DNA from: Vicinamibacterales bacterium
GTDB lineage: Bacteria > Acidobacteriota > Vicinamibacteria > Vicinamibacterales > UBA8438
Reading direction: 5' to 3'
Assembly: GCA_965218825.1 (NCBI GenBank)
Contig: OZ244656.1
Span: forward strand, 4,765,038-4,829,037
DNA length: 64,000 nt
A model generated the notes under the pieces. That model saw only the letters and a program-made list of their open reading frames with translations, was not told the origin of the DNA and searched no databases. This document shows positions 19,119 through 28,905 of the stretch, in pieces; positions within the stretch are counted from its first letter, which is position 1, and the number at the start of each line of letters is the position of its first letter. The translations under genes were made by a program, and so were the position numbers.

Positions 19119-20648
19119 ATGAGGCTTCCAAGACTCGCCCTGACGCCTGTCGCCGTCGTTGCGACGGTTTGGCTAGGCGGCTGCCAAGAATCTCCGATGC
19201 CAGAACCCGAGTCCGAGCGTTCGGCGCCGACGGGCGTTGGCGACACCCTCACGATCGCCCAGGCCGCGGATGGCGCCTATATTTCCTGGCGGGAGCACAT
19301 CGTCGATGACGTAGCCGTCGGCGGCGTCCCCATCGATGGGAGCGACGGCTTGACGGGCGGTGACCTCGACGGCGACGGGATCATGGACGTCGTCTCGGTT
19401 CATGAGTCCGACACGACCTCGGCTGAAAGCTACAAAGGACAGTACGACGACGTCGCTGACGGGTATATCCGGTTGGCGTTCGGCTCTGAACACCCCGATC
19501 AGTGGACCCTCGTGACTCTTGCGGAAGGACGTGAGGCAGCAGCACCCGAGGACGCCGATATCGCCGACGTCAATGGCGACGGCTACCCGGACATCATCGC
19601 CGCCTGCGAACTGGCGCACCTCATCTATTTCCAGAACCCTGGCAAGGACGCACGAACGGCGAGGTGGGATCGGCTCATCCTCCCCGTCAGTTTGAACCGA
19701 GGGTCGTTTATTCGAGTCTTCTTTGCGGACTTGAATGGTGACGGCAAGCCCGAGGCGATCGCGGCCAATAAGGGCGGGCAGAACCCGGGCCTCGATACGG
19801 AACAACTGGACGCTATCTCGTGGTTCGAGGTCACGGGCGATCCACTTGAGGGCGACTCATGGGTCGAGCACGTGATCACGAGAGTCCGCATCCCGATCAA
19901 CTCGCGACCGGTCGACCTCGACCAGGACGGCGATATCGACGTGCTGGGCGGCTCACGGGGCGAGCGTCGGATCTTCTTTCTCGAGAACACCGGCGGAGAG
20001 ACGATCGAGTTCAACGAACATCCGATTGAGATCTCTGGCACGACGGTGCCGGACGAGATGCGCACGCGGCGACCTCGCGACGGCGAGCCGCTCATCACGG
20101 GATTCAATTTCGAGTTTGGCGACCTGAACCAGGACGGTCGGCTTGACGTCGTTCTTCAGGAATCCTCGAATCTGATCTGGCTCGAGCAACCCCCCGACCT
20201 CTCGCAGACGTGGACCGCTCGCGTGATCGGCAGCTTCTATCCGGACACCATGACGGGGTTCCGCTTCGCCGATATCAACCAAGATGGCCGCGACGATTTG
20301 ATGGCCGGCTCCTATAGCCAGTCTCCCCGCGACCACGATGGAGTCGATGTCACCCGCGACGGACGTCTCGGGCGGCTTGCCTGGTTCGAGCAGCCCATGA
20401 ACCCCACGACCGAGTGGACTCGTCACGATATCTCGCGACGCAAGCGCGGAATGTTTGACAAGTTCCTCGCGAAGGACATGGACGGCGACGGAGATATCGA
20501 CTTCATCGGGACGCGGGGGAACTCCGTGCCATGGGACGGGGTCTACTGGCTCGAGCAGGTGCGAACGGCAGAGCCGGCGAAGTCCTTCCAGCGAGCGCGA
20601 GACGAAGACAGCGTCGAGATGCCGCTTCCGTCCGAGCCCGCACCGTGA
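19119..20648 (+). CDS. FG-GAP/VCBS repeat lipoprotein
   Basis: Lipobox VWLGGC. There are seven Dx[DN]xDGxxD repeats (DLDGDGIMDVV, DVNGDGYPDII, DLNGDGKPEAI, DLDQDGDIDVL, DLNQDGRLDVV, DINQDGRDDLM, DMDGDGDIDFI). Confidence 0.8.
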   Translation: MRLPRLALTPVAVVATVWLGGCQESPMPEPESERSAPTGVGDTLTIAQAADGAYISWREHIVDDVAVGGVPIDGSDGLTGGDLDGDGIMDVVSVHESDTTSAESYKGQYDDVADGYIRLAFGSEHPDQWTLVTLAEGREAAAPEDADIADVNGDGYPDIIAACELAHLIYFQNPGKDARTARWDRLILPVSLNRGSFIRVFFADLNGDGKPEAIAANKGGQNPGLDTEQLDAISWFEVTGDPLEGDSWVEHVITRVRIPINSRPVDLDQDGDIDVLGGSRGERRIFFLENTGGETIEFNEHPIEISGTTVPDEMRTRRPRDGEPLITGFNFEFGDLNQDGRLDVVLQESSNLIWLEQPPDLSQTWTARVIGSFYPDTMTGFRFADINQDGRDDLMAGSYSQSPRDHDGVDVTRDGRLGRLAWFEQPMNPTTEWTRHDISRRKRGMFDKFLAKDMDGDGDIDFIGTRGNSVPWDGVYWLEQVRTAEPAKSFQRARDEDSVEMPLPSEPAP

Positions 20649-20760
20649 TGGGCAGGCCTAGCGGCAGGGATAGGCGCTGGCCAGGCCGGCAAGAATATCG
20701 ACTTCTCGGGTTTTGTGGCTACCCTCGGTACCAAACGGTAGTAATTGATAGCACTCGGCC

Positions 20761-21430
20761 TGTGGGTGGCGAATTGCTAATCAGCCCCGCAATCCGTTGA
20801 GATTATCAAGTCTTGTGATCCTGGGCGTGGTCGCTAGGATGTCCCGATGCGCGACCCGATCATCCTACTGGTTCACCTGATCGCCACCCTGGCGCGGCTC
20901 ATGGGCCCCGGCGGTCTACGGTCTGTCGTCGCCGAATCGCTCTTGGTCAAGCATCAACTGCTGATTCTCAATCGCTCGCGACACCGGGCGCCGAATCTCC
21001 GCGTGTCGGATCGGATCCTCGCCGGTGTCTGTGCGCTGTTCATGCGCCCGGCTCGTGTGTTCCGCTCGGCGATCGTGCTCAGACCGTCGACAATCCTGAA
21101 CTTCCATCGAACGTTGCGCCAACGTAAATACCGACTGCTGTTTTCACCGAAGCGCCGCCGCACAGGACCGGCACCCCGCTCGGGTGGTCCGTCCTGGCTG
21201 ACATTCCTGGGGCATACGAAAGATAGCCTGTGGAGCATCGACCTGTTTCGGTGCGAGTCGGCGACCCTGCGAAGCCATTGGGTGCTGGTGGTGATGGACC
21301 AATACACGCGGCGGATCGTCGGCTTTGGCATCCATGCTGGAACCGTGGATGGCCGCGCCCTGTGCCGCATGTTCAACCATGCGATTCGAGGGCTCTCGCG
21401 TCCGAAGCGCCTCAGCTCCGACAACGACCC
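20761..21430 (+). mobile_element. IS481-like element, copy B (internally deleted and 3'-truncated)
   Basis: Same left inverted repeat TGTGGGTGGCGAATTGCTAATCAGCCCCGCAATCCG as copy C. Homology ends near 21430, where GC drops. Confidence 0.75.
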
Positions 21431-21446
21431 CGTAAGGTGCGTTTAA
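20847..21446 (+). pseudogene. IS481-like transposase remnant
   Basis: Identical N-terminus to copy C. About 53 aa are missing between RRRTGP and APRSGG, and it is cut after RLSSDNDP. Confidence 0.75.
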
Positions 21447-21467
21447 TCGGCCGACCGCTCATGCGCC

Positions 21468-21920
21468 ATGTATGCGCAAGTTCATGGTCTACCGTATTTC
21501 TTTACCAATGGTTCCGCTGTTCTCACTTGGGACGGACGTGAGGAGCGATACACATTCGAGGCCTTAGAGGGCCTGGACTACCCGACGGGCACCCTGAATA
21601 CGGAGGAGTTGTCGTTTATCGACAATCTCATCGCCCATAACTTTTTGATTGTCAATGCTGAGATCATTCCGGCATCGGAGGTAGGGCGACGGGGAGCGCT
21701 GCGGCTCACACTGCCAAACAGTTTCGATTTACGTGGGAGTCAGGCGGCTTTGAGTACGCTTCCGTGCTGGCCGCCACCCGATCAACCCGCGCTAAGTAAC
21801 CCACCCGCAGGGGCACTTGAACGCGCGCGTCAAAAATGCCGAGAGACGTTCTCGGATGACTTCGTGCTGCAGAACGCATGCATTGAGCAACAGGAAGAGG
21901 CGTACAGAAATCGGCGATGA
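21468..21920 (+). CDS. hypothetical protein (lower GC)
   Basis: 150-aa ORF with non-repetitive composition and no recognisable motifs. Confidence 0.35.
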   Translation: MYAQVHGLPYFFTNGSAVLTWDGREERYTFEALEGLDYPTGTLNTEELSFIDNLIAHNFLIVNAEIIPASEVGRRGALRLTLPNSFDLRGSQAALSTLPCWPPPDQPALSNPPAGALERARQKCRETFSDDFVLQNACIEQQEEAYRNRR

Positions 21921-21986
21921 TGAGTAAACACGACGACCACCGGCGGCGGGCTCGTGCCACCCAGCAGACCCAGCCCGATCAGCCTT

Positions 21987-22089
21987 TGTCGTAAACGGCC
22001 GTTTAGGACAGGCGGGCGAGAGCGCCGTCCGGCGCGCGCCGCCGTGTGTCGTATCCCGTGTCTGATTCTATGTCTTGCATACGTCGAGC
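21987..22089 (+). repeat. TGTC-rich repeat family, copy 1 (Tn3-type res/tnpA-leader-like)
   Basis: Palindrome TGTCGTAAACGGCCGTTTAGGACA plus a core ccgtccggcgcgcgccgccgtgtgtcgtatcccgtgtctgattctatgtcttgcatacgtcgagc. The core recurs inverted at 36525-36626 and 47725-47830. Confidence 0.5.
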
Positions 22090-22097
22090 AAAAGAGC

Positions 22098-22202
22098 ATG
22101 GCGCAGAGAACCGTTCTGACACGCCGGCAGCGGTCGGCCCTGTTTTCTCTTCCGCCACGTGAGGCGGACGCTCCCGGAGGGGTGGCGCGCGGCACGCCGT
22201 AG
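22098..22202 (+). pseudogene. Tn3-family transposase, about 25-aa N-terminal remnant
   Basis: MAQRTVLTRRQRSALFSLPPREAD matches the M.rR.iLs..eR.sLlaLP start of Tn3/Tn21 TnpA. It diverges and stops after 34 aa. Confidence 0.45.
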
Positions 22203-22216
22203 TAAGCTCGGTCCGC

Positions 22217-22597
22217 ATGAGACGAACGCTGAAGCTCTCGCTGTGGCTGCCGATCGGCGTGGTCGTTCTGTCGGTGGTCCGGTTCGGCTTCGACCCGAGT
22301 TTCTCGACCGGTTTCGTCCCGATGCTGTTCTCCCTGCCCGCGATGGTCTTCGGACTCGTCTTCGCCTGGCCTGGCGGCATCCCGCTGACGCGCGCCTTGG
22401 AGCGGCTGCATCCGGTTTCCCGGCCGGCGACATACGCCTGCGCGGCCGTACTTTGTCCACTCTCGGTGGGCGCCGCCACCATCGGCGGTCTGTTCGGACC
22501 GCCCGGCATTTGGATCTACGCCGGGATCGTCTCGCTCCCGGCGTGGCTGGTGCTGTGGCTCCTGCGGTGGCGCGCCCGCCGTCTTGAGCTTCTTTAG
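22217..22597 (+). CDS. small membrane protein, unknown function
   Basis: 126 aa with 3-4 hydrophobic helices. The RBS is weak. Confidence 0.35.
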   Translation: MRRTLKLSLWLPIGVVVLSVVRFGFDPSFSTGFVPMLFSLPAMVFGLVFAWPGGIPLTRALERLHPVSRPATYACAAVLCPLSVGAATIGGLFGPPGIWIYAGIVSLPAWLVLWLLRWRARRLELL

Positions 22598-22653
22598 CTC
22601 TCGGAGACAGTCGGTCCGGAAGGCGTCTGTCGAACGTCGCGCGGGCGGTGGGC

Positions 22654-22691
22654 GGCGTTGTTGAGCGGTTCGAAAACTGACCCGCAACGCC
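22654..22691. repeat. solo end of the IS5-family element
   Basis: ggcgttgttgagcggttcgaaaactgacccgcaacgcc is 37/38 identical to the IS5 end at 40127-40164. No IS body follows. Confidence 0.6.
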
Positions 22692-22745
22692 CGTCCTATC
22701 CGAATATCGGGCCGCCGCGAATCTGGAATCGCCGCATGTCCGGCT

Positions 22746-23093
22746 CTAGTCGAGTTCGACCAGCTCTTCATCCAAATGCAGATCCTCGACCACCGGACAC
22801 ATCTGGAGGTCGAACCACTCTCCAAACATCTGGTGCGTCCGGTTCTTTGGCCACTGCTGCTCATCGGTCAGCCAACAGTTCAACATCGCCGCGAACAGGT
22901 CTGGCCAGAAGTCGTCCAGAATCTCCCGTTCCGAGTCGGCGTCCCCGTATTCCGGCAAGAGGTACACGTGAGGCGCCCGTCGCAGGTCCTCGAAGACCGG
23001 CTCGGCGATATCAGTGGTGTCGTCTCGCTTGGCCCATGCGAGGTAGGGTGGCAACGGTCGGATGATTACAGCTGACCGATTGATAGCGCCCAT
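22746..23093 (-). CDS. hypothetical protein
   Basis: 115-aa acidic protein (IIRPLPPYLAWAKRDD...FGEWFDLQMCPVVEDL). Its start codon lies in the putative IS end, so the N-terminus may be truncated. Confidence 0.4.
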   Translation of the reverse strand: MGAINRSAVIIRPLPPYLAWAKRDDTTDIAEPVFEDLRRAPHVYLLPEYGDADSEREILDDFWPDLFAAMLNCWLTDEQQWPKNRTHQMFGEWFDLQMCPVVEDLHLDEELVELD

Positions 23094-23138
23094 CGTTACG
23101 CCGCTCTCGCGTCATGTTTGAGGAGGCCGCCGAGTCGC

Positions 23139-24157
23139 TCAGTGCACCGAAGCTCCCCCCTCCGTGGACCGCGGAGCGGAATCGAGCGTCTCGTTCCCGC
23201 GCCCCTGGTGCGGTCGCTCCCGGTGGTAGTGCTGAAGGTATGCTCCAACAGCGCGACGCAACGACGCTTCGCCGAAGAACATCATCCGGTTCAAGCACTC
23301 GGACTTGATCGACAGCACAAATCGCTCCGCGTGAGCGTTGCAGTTCGGGGCCTGCCTCGGGGTCCGGATGACCCGCACGCCTACGGCCTGTAGGATGCGC
23401 CGGAACTCCCCCGTGAACTTCGCGTCGCGGTCGCAGATTACGAAATGGTGCGCCCGAAGGAACCCATCCTCCGGATCGGGCAGGTTCCTGGCCACCTGCG
23501 CCATGAAGGCCCCGTCGGGCGTCGTCGTGAGGCCCGCAACGTGAGCCCGTCGAGTCTGCAGATCGATGAGGAAGAGAATGTAGTACGTGGTGAGCCCGAG
23601 CGGCGTCCACACTTCTGTCGTGAAGAAGTCCATGCCAGCTACCTCGCCCCAATGCGCGCGCAAGAACGTTCGCCACGAGGTGGGCCGATCCGGTGCCGGG
23701 CTATACCGTGGTCCTTTAGCACCTTGCCGATCGTGCTTGCCGCCACCCGATGCCCGAGCTTTCTCAGTTCGCCTTGAATGCGGCAGTAGCCCCAGCGGTT
23801 GTTCTCACGAGCCATCCGGACAATCAGGTCGCTGATTGCCTGCCTCAGGCCAGGCCGGCCCACCCGCCGGGCCACGTAGGTCCACTTCCAGGCGATCAGA
23901 CGGCGATGCCAGCGCATCAGCGTATCGGGGGTGACGAGCGTGGCGACGGCGTCGAGCGCCCGTCGCCCGAGGAGCCTGGCCTTCGCCGCCAGTCGACGAC
24001 GCTGATCGTCAGTCAGCCGGAGCTTCCGGCCACCAAGCTGCTCTTTGAGGACCCGGTTCTCCTCGACCAGGTAGGCGATAACGTCCTACTGATGCCTATG
24101 CACCCAGCCAGAAACCGTCAGCAGGAGCAGCTGGAGAGGGAGAGTAGCGGCCGTCAT
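23139..24157 (-). pseudogene. IS481/IS3-type transposase (HTH + rve) with an in-frame stop and a frameshift
   Basis: MTAATLPLQLLLLTVSGWVHRHQ, then TAG at 24086-24088, then DVIAYLVEENRVLKEQL...RWGYCRIQGELRKLG. A frameshift near 23650 leads into FFTTEVWTPLGL...ICDRDAKFTGEF...YHRERPHQG. Confidence 0.75.
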
Positions 24158-24176
24158 TCAGCCATTGTAGGCGCTC

Positions 24177-26462
24177 TCAATTCTCACGCTCACAGGCAGT
24201 TACGGACCGATCCATTTTTGCACAGGGCGGGCGTTCACGCCGAGGTTCTCGCCCGCGGTACCGGCGTTCGAGATGTGGTGACTGCGGAACTCGACGATCA
24301 ACCCTGGTCCGCGGGACGGCGGTGGCCCGTGCGTGAGCCGCGGCGCACAGCGCTCGCAGACTACTGCTGGCTTCAGTGAGCCGGGTCTCCATGCCCTGGC
24401 GAGCCTCGATGCCTTCCGGTGTCGAGGGCACGCCCTTGTACTCGAGGGTGTCCTTCGCGGCGCTCTGCGCGGCGACCACGCGTGCCAGCGCGTCTGCCCG
24501 GCTCTTCGGGACAAACACATGAATGATCGGGCTGTCTGGCCCAGCCGCGCGCGCATCGGCGATAACGCTCTTCTCGTCCGCACCCCAGCCATCGCGGATC
24601 CAGACAGGAGTCTCATGGGTAGTGCCTTGGGGCGGATCGGCACCGAAGTGTACTGCGAGCTTGCGGGGTTCCTTGCACTGGCCGTGGAGCAACTTCACAG
24701 AGCCAATCGAACCCTGCACCACCGCGCCCAGCAACTGGGCGCGCTTGCTGCTCATCCTGGTCGGATCGTTGACCAGCTTCGTCTGCCGGTTACGGAACTC
24801 CGCCTCCCACTCGCTGCTCTCCCGGGTCTGCAGGCTGTACTCGTCATCGAGCTTCATGAGCGTGCCGGTGGCGACGAGCTCATCGAGCTGCTTCGGCAAT
24901 TGACCCCGCAGAGATGCGCCGTCCTTGGCGAGATCCGTCACCAAGAGGTCGGCAAGTACTGCCGCCGTGGCCCGAACGCCGATGTCGACGCCGGCCTCAC
25001 GGGGAAGTTTTCGAATCAGGAAGACCAGTGCACATAAGCGCGACTTCAGACGACCATCTGGCGAACCATCGTGCTGGCTAGCGATAGTCTCGTTGACCTC
25101 GCGCAGCAGAACGCCGGACTGGAGCAGGCTGGCGGAAATCTCCTCGAAGAGGAAATCTGCGGGGACCACCGTACCAAGCGGATCGTCAGCCGTGCGTCGG
25201 ATAGCGTCGTAGACGATGCGCAACTGGGTGCGGAGCTGACCGGCCGTTCCCGCGCGGTCAACGGCCCGCAAGGCATGTTCCCAGAAGCGGCGCCGGACCG
25301 GTAGCAACGGGTAGTCTTCTACCAGGACCGATTGGTCCTCGCTGCGCGGGCCGATCTTGGTCCCGACCAGATGACGGTCCAACTCGCCAGCGTTGCCGTC
25401 CAGCGTCGCCTTGACATCGTTGACGCGGTCCGAGCGCTTCGCCAGCACCACCCGCCGGGTCACAGTTTCGACATCGGTGTCGGAGAGTTCGACGTTGACC
25501 GTGAATCGGCCCTGCAGGCGCTGCAGCGCCGGCGTGCCGGATAGAGCCGTCTGGCCCGTCCCCAGAAACAGGAGGCGATCACCGAATCGCTTACTGCAGG
25601 CCTCGACCACCTCCTGCACGACGTAGGACCGGCTGGTGTCGTCGCCGATGTACTGCTGTACTTCGTCGAGAATGATGACCGTGCAGGGCATCTCGCCATC
25701 GGGCGCCAGGACGTCCTGAAGTGCCGTGACGAATTCGTCGGTAGTGATGTCCTTGGGCTTGGGGAACTGGGCCCGGAGCGCGGCCCGTGCATCTTTCTCG
25801 TTGCCCGCGAAGTTGGGATCGGCTGCGAGCAGCCCCTTGGCGATCAGCGGGCTGACATACATATCGTTCAGCTCGCGCCGGAAATCACGCCCCTCGGCCT
25901 CGACCGCGCCACAAACCTGCTCGTAGATGTTGTTCTTCTTGAGCCAAATGCAGACACGCGCTTGCGGATAGCTCTCGGGAAGATCTGCGGACTTGAAGAC
26001 GATACCGAGCAGCGCAAGCCGAACGCTGTCGCCGGCGCCGGCGCCCAACGTACCCGCCGCCGCATGAAGCCCGGCGGCGCGCTTACCCAGTGTGGTGATT
26101 TCCTTGAGCACGTCCTGCACATCGGTCGGCAGTCGGGTCAGGCCCCGCGCACTCGCGCCGTCTTCCGGGAAGGTGTAATCGGTCCACAGGAAACGCAGCA
26201 TCTTCGCGAGGTGAGACTTACCGCTGCCGAAGAAGCCGCTGATCCAGGCCGCCGGTTGCTCTGGTTGGCCCTGGTTACTCATGTAGGCATCGAGGATGCG
26301 AACGAGACCCCGCTGGTACTCGCCCTCGCACACGAAGTGCTCCAGCTCGAAGCGCAACGTACGGCGCTCGTCGTCAGTGAGGGCGTCGGTCATCGTCGCG
26401 ACGCCGTTGTTCAGCAAGGTGGTCTTGCTGGGGTCCCTCTGGTAGATATCCCGGTTTTTCAT
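24177..26462 (-). pseudogene. brxC: BREX P-loop protein BrxC/PglY, 3'-truncated (about 700 of about 1,200 aa)
   Basis: LRFELEHFVCEGEYQRGLVRILDAY...WISGFFGSGKSHLAKMLRFLW (Walker A) and VIILDEVQQYIG (Walker B). Codon usage changes near 24350. The ORF tail down to 24177 is non-native. Confidence 0.75.
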
Positions 26463-27028
26463 CCCTCGTACACTCCTCGATCTTCATGCAAGGTGATCGG
26501 GACTGCGAGGTAGTTCCACCCATCCCTTGCGTCCAGCAACCGGTAGTTGCTGTTCTCGTACTCACCTGGGAAGAACACCACCACGCGACCTCTGATATCC
26601 CGCTCGATTTCCTTCATGAGTTCGGACACGCGCACGAATCCGAACAGTGAAGCGATACCGTAAATGCCCACGACCGAAGTCTCGTCGGCCTCCGAAGATG
26701 TCAGCCCCTCCCGCACCCGGCCGGCTACGTGCTCGAGAAAGTCATCCTCGAGCTTGAGCTCGAGGTCATCCGGCGATTCGAAATAACTGTCCCGGTATTC
26801 CGTAGCCGCCATCCATTGGGCGAAGACGCGGGTCAGGTCGCACTCGAGCCAACCGTGGCCTGCCACGGCCGTCGCCATGGCGAACAGATCCTTGCGCGCC
26901 CGCAGCCGGCGCTCGTCGGCCTTGTCGTACACGACGAATATGGCTCGCTCCGCCCCCGCCAAGTCCTTCTGCCAGGGCAACGAGATATAGCTCTTGTAGC
27001 GTTCAGCCAACCTGTCAATGCGCCCCAT
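26459..27028 (-). CDS. brxB: BREX protein BrxB (DUF1788)
   Basis: YISLPWQKD...AIFVVYDKADERRLRARK...IYGIASLFGFVRVSELM...GRVVVFFPGEYENSNYRLLDARDGWNYLAVPI. It overlaps the brxC start by 4 nt. Confidence 0.8.
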   Translation of the reverse strand: MGRIDRLAERYKSYISLPWQKDLAGAERAIFVVYDKADERRLRARKDLFAMATAVAGHGWLECDLTRVFAQWMAATEYRDSYFESPDDLELKLEDDFLEHVAGRVREGLTSSEADETSVVGIYGIASLFGFVRVSELMKEIERDIRGRVVVFFPGEYENSNYRLLDARDGWNYLAVPITLHEDRGVYEG

Positions 27029-27842
27029 GGATCAACTCCCGTTCCTTGTCGGTGAAGAGCGCCGGAAACGACACATCGATCATCGAGCCGGATTGTTTGA
27101 GATCGAGTAGCCCTCGCCGCTTGGCGTCGACCGCCACATCAATGAGGTCGTCAGGGCTCGTATCGAGTACGGCTGTCCAAGGCGTCTCGAACAACAAGCG
27201 ACCGCGCCGCCCAACCGCGAAACCGAGCAGCAAGGTGAACGTCGTTGCGGCGGGCGTCGCCTCAACTCGCTGTCGGGTCTTCCGCCCTCTACCCCGGAAA
27301 TGCCCGGCCTGAGTCCACGAGGACGAGGCATTGCGTACGACCTTGTCCAGAGTCGCTTCATTCAGCCGGTCGCCGACGGCGCCGGTGAGGGCGTCTTTCA
27401 TCGACTGGCGGGCAAATTCGTTCCCGTAGGGTGTGCGCACGACAGCGGTCGCCGTTGCCCTGAATAGCGGGTCCCGCGCCAAGGCCAGGAGCAAGGCGAG
27501 CAACGGGCGGCTCGGCTCGTTTCGTACCCAGAGATCCCTCAACACCCGGAACAGAATCACCTGCGGGTCGAGGGCATAGAGCTCGGTCAAACGCTGGAGA
27601 GAGAGTTTTCGCGTCGCTGCCGTCCGCTTGCCGAGACAGTTGTGCGCCATCACCGCGTGTGCGTAGTTATCGCGGATCGCGTCCTCTGGAACCGCGTCCA
27701 AGAGGTGCGAGAGCTCGTCGAGCATGATCGTGCGACTAGTGTGGGTGCCTCGGGCGCCAGATCGGAAGCCCCAGAGAGCCGACTGACCGGGCGTAAGCTT
27801 GGCAATGCCTGTCTCGGAATTCAGATCGGATATTGCGACCAT
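27015..27842 (-). CDS. brxA: BREX protein BrxA-like (DUF1819-like)
   Basis: It is the first gene of the brxA-B-C order and overlaps brxB. AIRDNYAHAVMAHNCLGKRTAATRKLSLQRLTELYALD fits the DUF1819 pattern. The start is uncertain (an internal Met is possible). Confidence 0.6.
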   Translation of the reverse strand: MVAISDLNSETGIAKLTPGQSALWGFRSGARGTHTSRTIMLDELSHLLDAVPEDAIRDNYAHAVMAHNCLGKRTAATRKLSLQRLTELYALDPQVILFRVLRDLWVRNEPSRPLLALLLALARDPLFRATATAVVRTPYGNEFARQSMKDALTGAVGDRLNEATLDKVVRNASSSWTQAGHFRGRGRKTRQRVEATPAATTFTLLLGFAVGRRGRLLFETPWTAVLDTSPDDLIDVAVDAKRRGLLDLKQSGSMIDVSFPALFTDKERELIHGAH

Positions 27843-28021
27843 GGGGAAGCACTATAGCTAAATCTGGAAAGGTGTAACGTTTCGCCGGCATAGTAGCCGG
27901 CGAGATTTCCGACTCGGTGCTTCCGTCATCAAGTGTTGGTGAAGAGAGCTTAAGCCCTAATCATCCAGATACTTCCAGCCGATTTTGACGCTGGCAGCTC
28001 TCTGGCACTGAAAATCTAGTC

Positions 28022-28327
28022 TAAGCGCGCCGTAGGGGCCGAGGCCCGGCAGTGCGGTGAGGTCGACCCCACCACACAGCGTGAACAAGGGGGAACGGAT
28101 CTCGAACGACGGTGTGTTGTCCTGTCGCTTACTCTTGGGACTCGGTTTGCGCGAAGCCGGCAGGTCCCTTCCCGGCGGTTCGCATTGGGCCTGAAGCGCG
28201 TGGACGCGCGCCTCGATCTGCTCGTCACCGCGCTGGATCGTCTCGTGGTAGCAGTCGTACACCTCGAGCTCCTGGCGCAGCACGAAGAGGTGTTCATCGC
28301 GATAGTGACCCGTGAGCGAGGCGGCGA
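28022..28327 (-). pseudogene. IS110-family transposase, internal fragment
   Basis: IAASLTGHYRDEHLFVLRQELEVYDCYHETI...PSFEIRSPLFTLCGGVDLTALPGLGPYGAL parallels the middle region of the intact IS110 transposase at 47848-49257. Confidence 0.7.
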
Positions 28328-28336
28328 TAGACCGGC

Positions 28337-28813
28337 GTGCGCCTTGGGATCATCCCGTACTACATGTTCGTGGAACGCGACACGGGGGCGCGAAACTACT
28401 TCGAGGTGCCCCTCGTGCGGTGCTACGAGATCTTCAAGGCCGCGTACGCGAGCGTCTCGGGGTTATCCCGATCAGTCCGCGGGCCTTGCATGTCGGCCTT
28501 TCCTGGCAAGGTGCGGGTTCTCGGGGTCGTGTCGCTACGGGACATGATGGATGGCGCCGTGATCGAGTCGGTGCACGACTCCGTGGGGTTCGATATTCTC
28601 GATCCCGACAAGCCGTTGCTGGTCTGCGACTTCATCCAGGCGCGCGACCCGGCCTGGGTGCGGAAGCCCTTCTTCGCCGAGTTCGATGAGAACGCGTCGT
28701 GGTTTGACGAGCTACGCCCCGCGTTCGGCAAGGCCCGCTATTACTTCGAGGGCGAGAACGGCCCTGCCCAGCCGCATCCACTGCTCGAGCTAACCGAGAT
28801 GTTGCTCGACTGA
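28337..28813 (+). pseudogene. second KamA-family aminomutase, C-terminal fragment only
   Basis: GIIPYYMFVERDTGARNYFEVPLVRCYEIFKAAYASVSGLSRSVRGPCMSAFPGKV. The radical-SAM core is missing. The 5' end abuts the IS110 fragment. Confidence 0.7.
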
Positions 28814-28905
28814 GATCCCGCGGCCATGTCTCCAGGCGCAGCCGGACCGCCACCCAGGCAGGCCAAGAGGCGGCCTGTGCCCTTCCGCTTCTAGGTACAC
28901 AAGAA

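Noticed and set aside
21830-22864. 344-aa minus-strand ORF
   Set aside because: It spans several unrelated elements (a hypothetical gene, the repeat, the membrane-protein gene) on the opposite strand, with Arg/Pro-rich composition. It is an artefact.
23079-24181. Terminal inverted repeats of the IS481-type pseudogene element (ATTGATAGCGCCCA versus the reverse complement of TAGGCGCTCTCAAT)
   Set aside because: This is only a 14-bp match with 2 mismatches, which could arise by chance in GC-rich DNA. The element boundaries are left undefined.
24200-24345. High-GC3 alternative frame ...GLIVEFRSHHISNAGTAGENLGVNARPVQKWIGP(stop) between the IS pseudogene and brxC'
   Set aside because: It looks like the C-terminal end of some gene, but it is too short to assign. 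It may be a leftover fragment, so it is not reported as a feature.
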